Source: Bacillota bacterium
GTDB lineage: Bacteria; Bacillota; PH28-bin88
Length of the DNA: 64,000 bases
NCBI GenBank assembly: GCA_040757295.1
Contig: JBFLXH010000002.1
Span: 49,579-113,578, forward strand
Direction: 5' to 3'
Below the pieces are notes generated by a model. It saw only the letters and a list, made by a program, of their open reading frames with translations. It was not told the origin of the DNA and ran no database searches. Of the stretch, positions 32,495-41,813 are shown piece by piece. A program made the position numbers and the translations under genes. Numbering within the stretch: position 1 is the stretch's first letter; the number at the start of each line of letters is the position of its first letter.

Positions 32495-33642
32495 GCTGTT
32501 TTCCCTCCTATAATCTTTCCGACGAGAATTAGTCTCATAGTACGTTCAGCTGCGTCTGCCAGTAAATCTGACGCTTTTTCCATCGCCTGCTGCAAACCCA
32601 TAGGACCATTTACTAGCGTTACAGCTGAATTAATACCTAACTCAAAAACCTGGTGGGCTCCCGGGCCGATTTCCCCTACCAGAGCAATCACCGGAACCCC
32701 ATAACTGGCAGCCCGTTTCGCTACTCCTACCGGAACTTTTCCAAAGGCTGACTGGTGATCAAGCCGTCCTTCGCCGGTTATTACCAAGTCAACTTTGGTA
32801 AGGTAATTTTCTAACTTTACCGTGTCCAATACCGATTCAACCCCGGAGCGGAGTTCGGCGCCAGCAAAGGCAATTAGACCTGCCCCCAGACCGCCGGCCG
32901 CCCCAGCCCCGGGGATTTCCATCACGTCCTGGTTAAGCTCTTGGGCTATTACTTGGGCAAAGTGGCGCAAGTTGGCATCAAGCAGTTTTATCATTTCCGG
33001 CGAGGCGCCTTTTTGGGGGCCATAGATGGCGGCGGCGCCGTTAGGGCCGCATAAAGGGTTTTTTACATCGCAAGCAACGATGATGGGTGTTGTTTTTATT
33101 CTGGGGTCAAGGCCTGACATATTGATTTCAGCCAGCCTGCCCAGAGAGCCGCCCCCATGGGGAAGCTCTTGTCCGCTGGCGTCCTTAAGGCTTACGCCCA
33201 AAGCTTGAGCCATACCTGCCCCGCCGTCATTGGTTGCACTGCCGCCAATACCGATAATAATGCGGTTTGCCCCAGAGTCGAGGGCTTTAAGGATTAATTC
33301 CCCTGTGCCGTAGGTGGTAGTAACCATTGGGTTCCTTAATCCCTCAGGAACTAGGGTAAGCCCGGAGGCTTCGGCCATCTCCAAAACGGCTGTTCCTTCG
33401 GGAAGTAAGCCAAAGCGGGCTTCTACTGGAGCGCCTAAAGGCCCGGTTACTTCAGTTGTAATTAATTGCCCGCCGGTAGCTGCAATCAGGGCTTGTACCG
33501 TGCCTTCCCCTCCATCTGCCATAGGAATAACAGCAATTTCTGCTTCCGGGCAGACCCGAAGGATCCCTTTGGTGACTGCTGCCCCAACTTCCTGGCTAGT
33601 TAAACTGCCCTTAAAGGAATCTGAAGCGATCAAAATTCTCAA
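32491..33642 (-). CDS. glxK: Glycerate kinase (GlxK/GarK family)
   Basis: DSFKGSL, ADGGEGT, GGSATNDGG, GAAGGLG, TGEGRLD..S..GK. Confidence 0.95.
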   Translation of the reverse strand: MRILIASDSFKGSLTSQEVGAAVTKGILRVCPEAEIAVIPMADGGEGTVQALIAATGGQLITTEVTGPLGAPVEARFGLLPEGTAVLEMAEASGLTLVPEGLRNPMVTTTYGTGELILKALDSGANRIIIGIGGSATNDGGAGMAQALGVSLKDASGQELPHGGGSLGRLAEINMSGLDPRIKTTPIIVACDVKNPLCGPNGAAAIYGPQKGASPEMIKLLDANLRHFAQVIAQELNQDVMEIPGAGAAGGLGAGLIAFAGAELRSGVESVLDTVKLENYLTKVDLVITGEGRLDHQSAFGKVPVGVAKRAASYGVPVIALVGEIGPGAHQVFELGINSAVTLVNGPMGLQQAMEKASDLLADAAERTMRLILVGKIIGGKTA

Positions 33643-33693
33643 AAGAATTTTGCACCCCCTAGAATGTAGTGTATAGAAATCTGCGGCTAAAGG

Positions 33694-34395
33694 CTAAATA
33701 CCACCTGGCTCCGAATTATTGGCATAATAAAGCTTGGTTGGCCTGCCTTTTGTACCGTATTCCAATTCCACCTTAATCTTGCCCTTTGCTACTAAGTACT
33801 CCAGGTAGCGCCAAACAGTTATTTTAGACATGGATAGGGCGGAAGCAATCTGTTGGCAGCTCAGAGCCCTGACTTGTTTAAGCAAAAAGGACATAATCTG
33901 GTCAAGGGTTAATGAATGGACACCTTTGGGAAGAGGCCCCATCTGCTCAGGTTTTTCGCTGGATATTTGATTTAAGTTGTCCAAATCTTCCTGGCTCAGG
34001 TCTTTGTCTTTGGCCAGAATTGACCTTAGTCGCAGGTAGTTCTTTAAGGCCTTTTCCAGCCGCTCCAGGTCGAAAGGCTTAATTATGTAATCAATGGCGC
34101 CATGGCGCAGGGCTTGGGAAACAGTAGAAATGTCTTTGGCTGCAGTAATCAAGATTACGTCTGAAGGCAGGTCTTGTTGGCGAATAGCCTGGAGCAAGCT
34201 GAGACCGCTACCGGAAGGAAGGTAAATGTCTAATAAAACCAGGTCAGGTTTCAGTGCTGCAATCGCATTAATGGCTTCTTCCTCGGTGGTGCAAATTCCC
34301 ACTACCTTGAAAGGGACCACTTTTTCTGTCAACTGCTTATTAATATGGGCTACCATAGGGTCATCTTCTACAATTAAGACCTGAACGGTTTTCAC
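33694..34395 (-). CDS. CitB/DctR-type response regulator
   Basis: VEDDPMV, LLDIYLP, ITAA, YIIKPF, TVWRYLEYL, YGTKGRP. Confidence 0.92.
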   Translation of the reverse strand: MKTVQVLIVEDDPMVAHINKQLTEKVVPFKVVGICTTEEEAINAIAALKPDLVLLDIYLPSGSGLSLLQAIRQQDLPSDVILITAAKDISTVSQALRHGAIDYIIKPFDLERLEKALKNYLRLRSILAKDKDLSQEDLDNLNQISSEKPEQMGPLPKGVHSLTLDQIMSFLLKQVRALSCQQIASALSMSKITVWRYLEYLVAKGKIKVELEYGTKGRPTKLYYANNSEPGGI

Positions 34396-34407
34396 CTTTT
34401 TGCCCTC

Positions 34408-36006
34408 CTATTCTTGGTCATCAAAAATTGAATAGGGAATGGTGACAGTGAAGGTAGTGCCTGTTTGGTTCGAGTAATACTGAATTTTCCCGCCGGCCGC
34501 CGTGATCCTGGTCTTAATAATGGCCAGACCGAGGCCGCTGCCCCTGTTTTTGGTGGTATAGCCTTCTTGGTAAATCTTATCCCCAATCTCCGGGGGGATG
34601 CCAGGACCGTAATCAATTACTTGCAAAGAAATTTCCCAGTCGGTTTGCCGGACCTCCACCCAAACTTTTCTCCTGGGTGAAGGCTGATCAGCCACTGCAT
34701 CAAAGGCGTTTTCAATTAAGTTTCCCAAGACAACCACCATGGCGTGTTCGTCAAAATGAGGGGGTAATGAGAACAATTGACTTAAGTCACTGATATCCAA
34801 ATCAATATTCTTTTCTTCAGCTTCGCTGGCCTTTCCCAGTAATAGCCCGGCAACAGCATCATTATGGATATTTTCCGTCAAAAATGCGATTAATTGTTGG
34901 TTTCGGCTGGTAATATTAGTAATATACCTTTTTGCTTCCTCATAGGAGCCCAGCTGAATTAGGCCCGAAATCACATGCATTTTGTTCAGGAATTCATGAC
35001 TATGGGCTCTGATGCTGTTAATAATTTTCTTGACCCCAGTTAACTCCTCAGCCAGCCGGCTGACTTCGTTTAAAGGCCTGAAGGTGGCTATTGCCCCTAC
35101 AACCTCTCCGTTAATTACCAAGGGAAGCCTGTTAGTAAGAATCGTATTTCCTCCCAAGGCCAAATACTGGTCGTATTCTGCCTGCATGGTATGCATAACT
35201 TCGGGCAGCCGGGAATTTGGAATTATGTTGGTAATTGGTTTTCCAATGGCCTCATCACCGTGGGCAAGCAGTTTTTGGGCGGCTTGGTTAATTACTGTAA
35301 CATTACAGTTTTTATCGATAGCTATGACGCCTTCTTTTACAGACATCAGCATTGTTTCTCTTTCTTTTAATAAAGTGGCAATTTCCCGGGGTTCCATTCC
35401 AAACATGATATTTTTGATGTTTTTTGACAATAGAATTGAAAAAAGAAGCACTACCGCCAGCCCCAGGGGAGTAACAGCATAAAAGATTTTATAAATCCGC
35501 GACATGATTTCAGAAATCTCCGGCTGAAAGAAACCGACAGCAACTGCGCCTACCTGGCGTTGATTGAAATCATAAACTGGGGCAAAGGCGCGAATAGAGG
35601 GACCGGATATGCCGACTGCCTTGGAACTGTAAGACTCTCCTCTTAAAGCTGGACCTTCGTCTCCCCCGGTAAACCGGTTTCCGATCAGGGATTTGTTAGG
35701 GTGAGAATATCTAATACTGTCCATGTTCATAAAAACAACAAAGGCGGCATTGGTTGCCTGCATTACTTCCGCGGCTACTAATTCCAGGCCCTCCGATGGG
35801 TTGGCATGACCATAGTATGCTCTTGCATCCAAACGGGTGGCAGTAAGCCTGGCAATGGTCAGGGCCTGATTTCTCAGGTGTTCTTCTGTCTTATGGCCGA
35901 GGTAAAAGTAAAAAGAAAATAAAGCCACCAGCAAGGTGATTAACCCGCAAAGGGCAGTCGCAAGAAAAACCTTGATATGAAGAGGCCAAGAAAGCAGTTT
36001 TTGCAG
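34408..36006 (-). CDS. CitA/DctS-type sensor histidine kinase (probable CTG start)
   Basis: sCache motif IRYSHP..IG..F.GGDE, PAS domain, HEFLNKMHVI, GNLIENAFDA, GSGLGL; frame open to CTG at 36006 after AGGGAGG. Confidence 0.9.
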   Translation of the reverse strand: MQKLLSWPLHIKVFLATALCGLITLLVALFSFYFYLGHKTEEHLRNQALTIARLTATRLDARAYYGHANPSEGLELVAAEVMQATNAAFVVFMNMDSIRYSHPNKSLIGNRFTGGDEGPALRGESYSSKAVGISGPSIRAFAPVYDFNQRQVGAVAVGFFQPEISEIMSRIYKIFYAVTPLGLAVVLLFSILLSKNIKNIMFGMEPREIATLLKERETMLMSVKEGVIAIDKNCNVTVINQAAQKLLAHGDEAIGKPITNIIPNSRLPEVMHTMQAEYDQYLALGGNTILTNRLPLVINGEVVGAIATFRPLNEVSRLAEELTGVKKIINSIRAHSHEFLNKMHVISGLIQLGSYEEAKRYITNITSRNQQLIAFLTENIHNDAVAGLLLGKASEAEEKNIDLDISDLSQLFSLPPHFDEHAMVVVLGNLIENAFDAVADQPSPRRKVWVEVRQTDWEISLQVIDYGPGIPPEIGDKIYQEGYTTKNRGSGLGLAIIKTRITAAGGKIQYYSNQTGTTFTVTIPYSIFDDQE

Positions 36007-36291
36007 TTAAACCCCTCCCTGTAAAAGGGTATACATAAATTTTATCATAAATTTCTAACTTTAAAAAAATCTTTTTTGATAGATTAATTAAAAAGCCTCC
36101 TGGCCGGTTTTCTGAAGCCGTTAATAAACTGGCCAAGTGCTTCGTTATTATGGCAGGGTGTTGAAATTGGCTGCAGAGGGAAAAAATAAAGAAAAAAGTG
36201 CTGGATTTAACAAGGAAAAAATTATCTTAGTGCCGAATTCCTTGTATGCAAAAATCCCTGTAGGCATGTTTATTTTTATATATGGATCGGA

Positions 36292-36981
36292 GTGAATACT
36301 TTGCCCCAATTAAAAAATAGTCCTTTTCAGCTTAAGAATAGGTCTCTTTTAACCGAACAAGTCTATTTATTAATAAAAAATGCTATTTTTGAAGGAGTTT
36401 TTAAACCAGGGGAACGTTTAAAGGAGATAGAATTGGCTGAAAAATTAGGAGTAAGCAGGACCCCAATTCGGGAGGCAATTAACCAACTAAAACTGGAAGG
36501 GCTACTAACTCCCCTTGTGGGTGGAGGTGTTAAAGTTGTGGAATTTTCCATTGACGAAATTCACGAGATTTTTGATTTGCGTACATTGTTAGAAACCTAT
36601 GCGATTCAAAAGGCAATTGACAACATTACTGAAGCGCAGCTAAAGCGTTTAGAGGAAATAGTGGCCACGAGTAAAATTGCTCACCAGCAAGGAAACCTTG
36701 AAAGAATAATTGAATTAAATGCCCAGTTTCATAACGAGATAATCAGCGCCAGTTGCAATAAGAAACTGTGTGAATTTATTGCCAGTTTGCGAAATTACCT
36801 GCAGCCATTTCGTAATGTGAGCATGCGTCACTCTTTGGAACCTGAAATCTCAATAAAAGGACATTGGGAAATATTGCAGGCGATCAAGCTGGGGGACAAA
36901 GATAAGGCATTAGAGCTTATGAACAGCCATTTGGCCACAGCACGACAATTGTTCCTTGAGAAGATTGGTAAGGATGTCTGA
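36292..36981 (+). CDS. GntR family regulator (FadR/FCD type)
   Basis: PGERL.E..LA..LGVSRTPIREA; FCD N..FH, H..I..AI. Confidence 0.93.
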   Translation: MNTLPQLKNSPFQLKNRSLLTEQVYLLIKNAIFEGVFKPGERLKEIELAEKLGVSRTPIREAINQLKLEGLLTPLVGGGVKVVEFSIDEIHEIFDLRTLLETYAIQKAIDNITEAQLKRLEEIVATSKIAHQQGNLERIIELNAQFHNEIISASCNKKLCEFIASLRNYLQPFRNVSMRHSLEPEISIKGHWEILQAIKLGDKDKALELMNSHLATARQLFLEKIGKDV

Positions 36982-37073
36982 GTCGCCTAATTCCTGATTT
37001 TTAATTAATTTAATTTCATTATTTTATTTAGAGGAAATAATTTCGGAAGAGCGAAAAACGATCCATAAAAATC

Positions 37074-37085
37074 TTTGTATACAAA
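37074..37085. promoter_or_regulatory. Candidate GntR operator
   Basis: Perfect palindrome TTTGTATACAAA; near-copy TTGTATGCAA at 36242-36251. Confidence 0.6.
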
Positions 37086-37138
37086 AATGCAAGTGGACAA
37101 TTGCTCAGACTAAGGAGAGAGGAGATGTAAGAAGAAGG

Positions 37139-37861
37139 ATGTTAATCAACAAAGAAACCTGTATTGACTGCGGCATCTGTGTATCCCGGTGCCCGGTGGG
37201 GGCCATCAAGACGGACGCCCCGGAAGGTATTCAAGTTGACCTAGATGAATGTGTGGAGTGTGGAGTTTGTAAACGCTTGCGAATGTGCCCTACCGAGGCT
37301 ATCTATCAACAGCCATTGACCTGGCCGCGCACTATCCGAAGCCTTATGAGTGATGAACTGGTGGTAGCGGAAGAGACTGGGATCTCTGGTCGGGGGACAG
37401 AGGAAATGAAAACTAACGATGTAACCGGTCGTTTTAAGCCCGGATGGGCTGGTCTGGCTATTGAATTGGGCCGCCCTGGAATAGCCGCCAGGATGTACGA
37501 CATGGAAAAAGTGGCCATGGCGGTGGCCAAAGAGGGTGTGGAGTTTGAAAAAGCAAACCCCATTACCAGTATGATGGCGGACCCCAAGACAGGAAAATTC
37601 AAAGAGGAACTATTGAACGAACGGGTACTGTCCGGCGTAATTGAGCTGGTTATTCCCCTTGAGAAAGTGCCGGCCATTATCAGCCGACTAAAAGAAGTTG
37701 AGCCGCAATTGGACACGGTTTTTAGCCTTGGCATTATCTCAAAGGTTGAACCGGATGGTACCATTCCCCACGTCAAGGTGATCCAAGACTTGGGACTGTG
37801 GATATCTCCGAATGGAAAAAACAATGTGGGCCTTGGCAGGCCCCTGGCAAAGGAGGACTAA
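37139..37861 (+). CDS. Uncharacterised 2x[4Fe-4S] protein, module copy A
   Basis: CIDCGICVSRCP and CVECGVC..CP followed by a ~175 aa domain with GRGTEEMKTN and ELGRPG. Confidence 0.85.
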   Translation: MLINKETCIDCGICVSRCPVGAIKTDAPEGIQVDLDECVECGVCKRLRMCPTEAIYQQPLTWPRTIRSLMSDELVVAEETGISGRGTEEMKTNDVTGRFKPGWAGLAIELGRPGIAARMYDMEKVAMAVAKEGVEFEKANPITSMMADPKTGKFKEELLNERVLSGVIELVIPLEKVPAIISRLKEVEPQLDTVFSLGIISKVEPDGTIPHVKVIQDLGLWISPNGKNNVGLGRPLAKED

Positions 37862-37864
37862 ACA

Positions 37865-38494
37865 ATGACTCATTCACTTCATAGAGTAGGTACCAGGGAG
37901 AGCCTGCAAAGGGATTGGGTAATGCTGTGTATGCCTAGTAAAGACATCAACCATGTAGGGTCGGGTCCTAAATTAAGAAGGTTTTTGGAGTTGTGCCTAA
38001 AGAATGGTTGCGTCACTTTGGGGGATGCCCGAAAAGGCAACGCTTTTCACCAAGGCAGCCTGGAAAACATGATGAATAACATCGAAGACAGGGCGGTAGT
38101 AACTGCCAGTTTTAACAACAAAGATGCGGTAATCCAGATGTTAAGGGATTTGAAAGAAGAAGACCTGGGCCTATCTGTCGTAGTTTCCGGTTTGGTGGAT
38201 GAGGTCGCGGATTGTTGCGCCAAGACGGGGTTAAGACACCATACTGTGCACCAATCCCTGGGGCGATGGGGCAGGACGGAAAAGCTTCCCCCGGAAGAGA
38301 TTTTGGAGATTGCCACCATGTGTGGCCATGCCCTGGTAGCTGTGAACTTCATCAATGAAATGATTGATGAAGTGAAAAAAGGAAAGATGACCTCCAAAGA
38401 AGCTGCTGATGAACTCTTTAAGCCCTGCATGTGCGGCATTTTTAACACCGACAGGGCAGCCAAACTCATTGATGCAATTGTGGCAAAAGGCTGA
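37865..38494 (+). CDS. Uncharacterised Cys/His-motif partner protein, copy A
   Basis: MTHSLHR, CC, TMCGH, CMCGIFN; paralogous to 39391-40011. Confidence 0.82.
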   Translation: MTHSLHRVGTRESLQRDWVMLCMPSKDINHVGSGPKLRRFLELCLKNGCVTLGDARKGNAFHQGSLENMMNNIEDRAVVTASFNNKDAVIQMLRDLKEEDLGLSVVVSGLVDEVADCCAKTGLRHHTVHQSLGRWGRTEKLPPEEILEIATMCGHALVAVNFINEMIDEVKKGKMTSKEAADELFKPCMCGIFNTDRAAKLIDAIVAKG

Positions 38495-38660
38495 CGAGTG
38501 GGGCTAAATACTCCCCCTGTGAGAATACAATTAAAAAAATAAAATTAATAAAATTATATAGGCACCTCCCGAAATGATATCTAATTACTTAGGCAGTCAG
38601 CCAACAAACAGAGTTTTCTACACCAGCAATACCTAATTTATTTGTGAAAGGAGACATGAA

Positions 38661-39386
38661 ATGAGGATTGACGCGGAAAACTGTACCGGTTGCCAGGCTT
38701 GCCAACCATACTGTCCCATGGGCTGTATTATCTACGACGATAGTGAAGGAATCTGCAAAATTGATTTTGATGAGTGTGTTGAGTGCGGCATTTGTTTGCG
38801 GCCGGCAGTGTGTCCCACAGATGCTCTTTACCAGCAGGAGCTTGATGAAAAGCGGCAGTTGCGCCAAGCTTTCTCAAACCCCTTAATACCCCACAAGACA
38901 ACGTCAGTTCCTGGCAGAGGAACGGAGGAAATGAAAACTAATGAGGTAACAGCCCGTTTTAAGCGGGGCAGGGCCGGAGTTGCGGTTGAACTTGGCCGCC
39001 CGGGTACCGGAACCAGGTTTGCAGATGTGGAAAAAGTAGCTATGGCGGTAGCGAAGATTGGCATAAACTTTGAACCTCATAACCCGGTAACCCACCTGAT
39101 GATCGATAAAACCACCGGCCGGATTAGGCCTGATGTTTTAGATGAAAAGGTGTTATCAGCGATTGTTGAGTTTGAGCTGGGCATTGACCAGTTAGAAGCT
39201 GCCCTAACGGCTATTAAGAATGTTGCGCCTACCCTTGACACAGTGTTCAGTTTGGACCTTGCTTGCCGCATGGACCCCGACAATACGGTACCAACTGAAG
39301 CAATTGCCCGGAAGGTTGGGTTTACTCCTTCCATTAATGGCAAGACCAATGTAGGATTAGGCAGACCTTTAGCAAAGGAGGACTAA
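38661..39386 (+). CDS. Uncharacterised 2x[4Fe-4S] protein, module copy B
   Basis: CTGCQACQPYCP, CVECGIC..CP, GRGTEEMKTN, ELGRPG, C-terminus NVGLGRPLAKED identical to copy A. Confidence 0.85.
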   Translation: MRIDAENCTGCQACQPYCPMGCIIYDDSEGICKIDFDECVECGICLRPAVCPTDALYQQELDEKRQLRQAFSNPLIPHKTTSVPGRGTEEMKTNEVTARFKRGRAGVAVELGRPGTGTRFADVEKVAMAVAKIGINFEPHNPVTHLMIDKTTGRIRPDVLDEKVLSAIVEFELGIDQLEAALTAIKNVAPTLDTVFSLDLACRMDPDNTVPTEAIARKVGFTPSINGKTNVGLGRPLAKED

Positions 39387-39390
39387 GAAA

Positions 39391-40011
39391 ATGACACACA
39401 GTTTACACCGCCACGGGACGCCGGAAAACCTGGCAAATGACTTCGTGGTTTTCGCAATAGCAGCTCAAACCGTTAATGCTAAAGGTAGTGCTTCCGCCTT
39501 TGCGAAGTTCTTTGAAATCGTTCATAAATATAACCCTGTTTCCTGCGGCGATATGCGGACTGGCAACGAATTTGCCGTCGGCCTTGAGAAAATTCGCGCA
39601 GGATACCAGGACAACTCCATTGTCCATGCAGTGTTTACCGATAAGGAAATCGTGGCAAAAATCCTAAAAGAACTGGCCGAAGCAGAGCTGGGCCCCTCAA
39701 TCGTGGTGTCCGGCATCCTAGACCATGTTGATGAGTGCTGTAAAAAGGCCGGCATTAAGCGGCATACCATCCACCATTCTCTTGGTATTCATGGCAAAAC
39801 GGAAAAGCTGCCGGAGAACAAGGTCCTGGAGATAAGCACCATGTGCGGTCACGGTATGGTTGCCTTTAACCTGATTAAGCAGATGGCTGAGCAGGTTAAG
39901 GCAGGTAAGATTACAGCCGAAGCAGCCGCCAGGGAACTGGCTGCCCAATGCCATTGCGGTATTGTCAACCCGGTTAGAGGAGCAGAACTGTTAAAGGAAA
40001 TGGCTAAGTAG
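39391..40011 (+). CDS. Uncharacterised Cys/His-motif partner protein, copy B
   Basis: MTHSLHR, CC, TMCGH, CHCGIVN. Confidence 0.82.
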   Translation: MTHSLHRHGTPENLANDFVVFAIAAQTVNAKGSASAFAKFFEIVHKYNPVSCGDMRTGNEFAVGLEKIRAGYQDNSIVHAVFTDKEIVAKILKELAEAELGPSIVVSGILDHVDECCKKAGIKRHTIHHSLGIHGKTEKLPENKVLEISTMCGHGMVAFNLIKQMAEQVKAGKITAEAAARELAAQCHCGIVNPVRGAELLKEMAK

Positions 40012-40239
40012 GAAGGTTGCTTGTTTAGTTGATCAGGGGGACCAGAGGGATGCCTTGGTGATTACCGGACTGCGCCTACCATTTAACAAGAAGGTGTCAC
40101 CAGGCATCCAGTTACAGTTAATAACAGTCTTTTAAATTCTTGCTGTTTTTATTGAAGGGAGGAGTGCTTCAAAAAATAAATTGAGTTAATATTCTGGCGT
40201 TCTATCTGGGTTCTTCAAAACGAGGAGGGGTGAGACCAA

Positions 40240-41244
40240 ATGTATAAAAAGAATTACAAGCTATTTCTGGTAGTAATTGCTATGGTGTTGATGGTAAGCG
40301 TAGCCTTAACCGGCTGTGGTACCAAGCAGGCTGAACAACCTAAGCAAGAAGCCCCTAAATACCCGGAAAGGCCGGTAGAAGTTATCGTTGGTTGGGGCGC
40401 TGGTGGCGGTACAGACGTTTTTGCCCGGTCCTTGACTAAGCCGCTTTCCAACATTTTAGGCCAGCCAATGCCTGTAAAGAACATGCCTGGCGCTTCAGCT
40501 ACCGTTGCAGCTGATTATGTTGCGCAACAGCCTGCGGACGGGTACACTGTTTGGGCGATGACTTCAACCTGCTTACCTGTTAACGTGGCCCTCGGCCGAG
40601 CTCCCCATCCGGCAGACACTTATATCCCCGTTGCCCGGCTTCAGGACGATGTAGGTATGCTCCACGTTAATGCTAATAGCCCGTTAAAGACCATCGAGGA
40701 TGTAATTGAATATGCCAAGAAAAACAACTTGAAAGTTGGCGGAACCGGCGCTGTTTCCCATGACGAGGTTGTAGTGGCTTTATGGGCGGATGCCGCGGGT
40801 ATTCCGGTAACCTATGTTCCCTATGAAAGAGCTGGGGATATGCATGCTGCTTTAATGGGCGGCCATATCGACGCGATGTATGAAGAAATGGGTCCCGTTG
40901 CCGGTTTGGTAAAAGCTGGTAATATCAAGCCGGTTCTGGCATTTTCCAAGTCCAAAATCAGAGGCTTTGACGATCTGCCGATTGCTCCCGATAAGGGTTG
41001 GAATATTACCTTGGGTCTGTGGCGGGGGATTATGGTCAAGAAAGGCACTCCGGATCACGTTGTAAAAGCCCTTCAGGCTGCTATCGAAAAGGCCAAGGAT
41101 GACCCCGAATACAAAGCCATGGAAGCCGAAAGGTATCTTGACCTGGTGCCTGGATACCTGAAGGGTGATGACTTTAAAAAGAACATCGAAGACAGTATCA
41201 ATACCTATATTTCAGCCCTTAAAAAGCTGGGCCATATTAAGTAG
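40240..41244 (+). CDS. tctC: Tripartite tricarboxylate transporter binding lipoprotein (TctC/Bug)
   Basis: Lipobox LTGC, YPERPV..IVGWGAGGGTD..AR, PADGYT, WRG. Confidence 0.9.
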   Translation: MYKKNYKLFLVVIAMVLMVSVALTGCGTKQAEQPKQEAPKYPERPVEVIVGWGAGGGTDVFARSLTKPLSNILGQPMPVKNMPGASATVAADYVAQQPADGYTVWAMTSTCLPVNVALGRAPHPADTYIPVARLQDDVGMLHVNANSPLKTIEDVIEYAKKNNLKVGGTGAVSHDEVVVALWADAAGIPVTYVPYERAGDMHAALMGGHIDAMYEEMGPVAGLVKAGNIKPVLAFSKSKIRGFDDLPIAPDKGWNITLGLWRGIMVKKGTPDHVVKALQAAIEKAKDDPEYKAMEAERYLDLVPGYLKGDDFKKNIEDSINTYISALKKLGHIK

Positions 41245-41303
41245 TATTTGCTGGGGAGGGGCTAACCCCTCCCCCATTTTTCAAATGAGGGAGGTGGCAG
41301 GCT

Positions 41304-41783
41304 GTGGTTATTGAGTTAATAATAGCGCTAGGAATCTTACTATTTTCAGGGCTGATGTTTTATGAAACTACCAAGTTTCCTCCCACAAGGTTCACAGATA
41401 TAGGCCCGGAATACTGGCCGCAGATTGTTCTTGGCGGAATGATTCTTTTCTCGTTGATCTTACTTATCAGTATTTTTGCAAATAAACAGAAAATTGGCGA
41501 AGCCCCACCGGAAGAACCTAAACCATATCCTTTGAATTTCTGGTTTGCTATTGCCATTACGGTTTTTTATATCAAGGCTCTTCCCGTCGTTGGTTTTCCT
41601 ATTGCAACTTTACTTTTTTTCATTGCGTTTTTGTGGCTGCTTAAATACAGGTGTATAAAAAGCATATGTTTGGTGACAGTTGGTTCAACCATCCTTTTGG
41701 TCATGCTTTTCCCCCGGTTACTGTCAATCCCGCTGCCCAGGGGAACTGGCCTTTTCCGAATGATTACCCTGTTCTTTTATTAA
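41304..41783 (+). CDS. tctB: TTT small membrane subunit
   Basis: About 4 TM helices, GP.YWP, L.IPLPRG. Confidence 0.85.
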   Translation: MVIELIIALGILLFSGLMFYETTKFPPTRFTDIGPEYWPQIVLGGMILFSLILLISIFANKQKIGEAPPEEPKPYPLNFWFAIAITVFYIKALPVVGFPIATLLFFIAFLWLLKYRCIKSICLVTVGSTILLVMLFPRLLSIPLPRGTGLFRMITLFFY

Positions 41784-41813
41784 ATTAAAGTGTTTGGAAA
41801 GGAGGTCAGTTGC

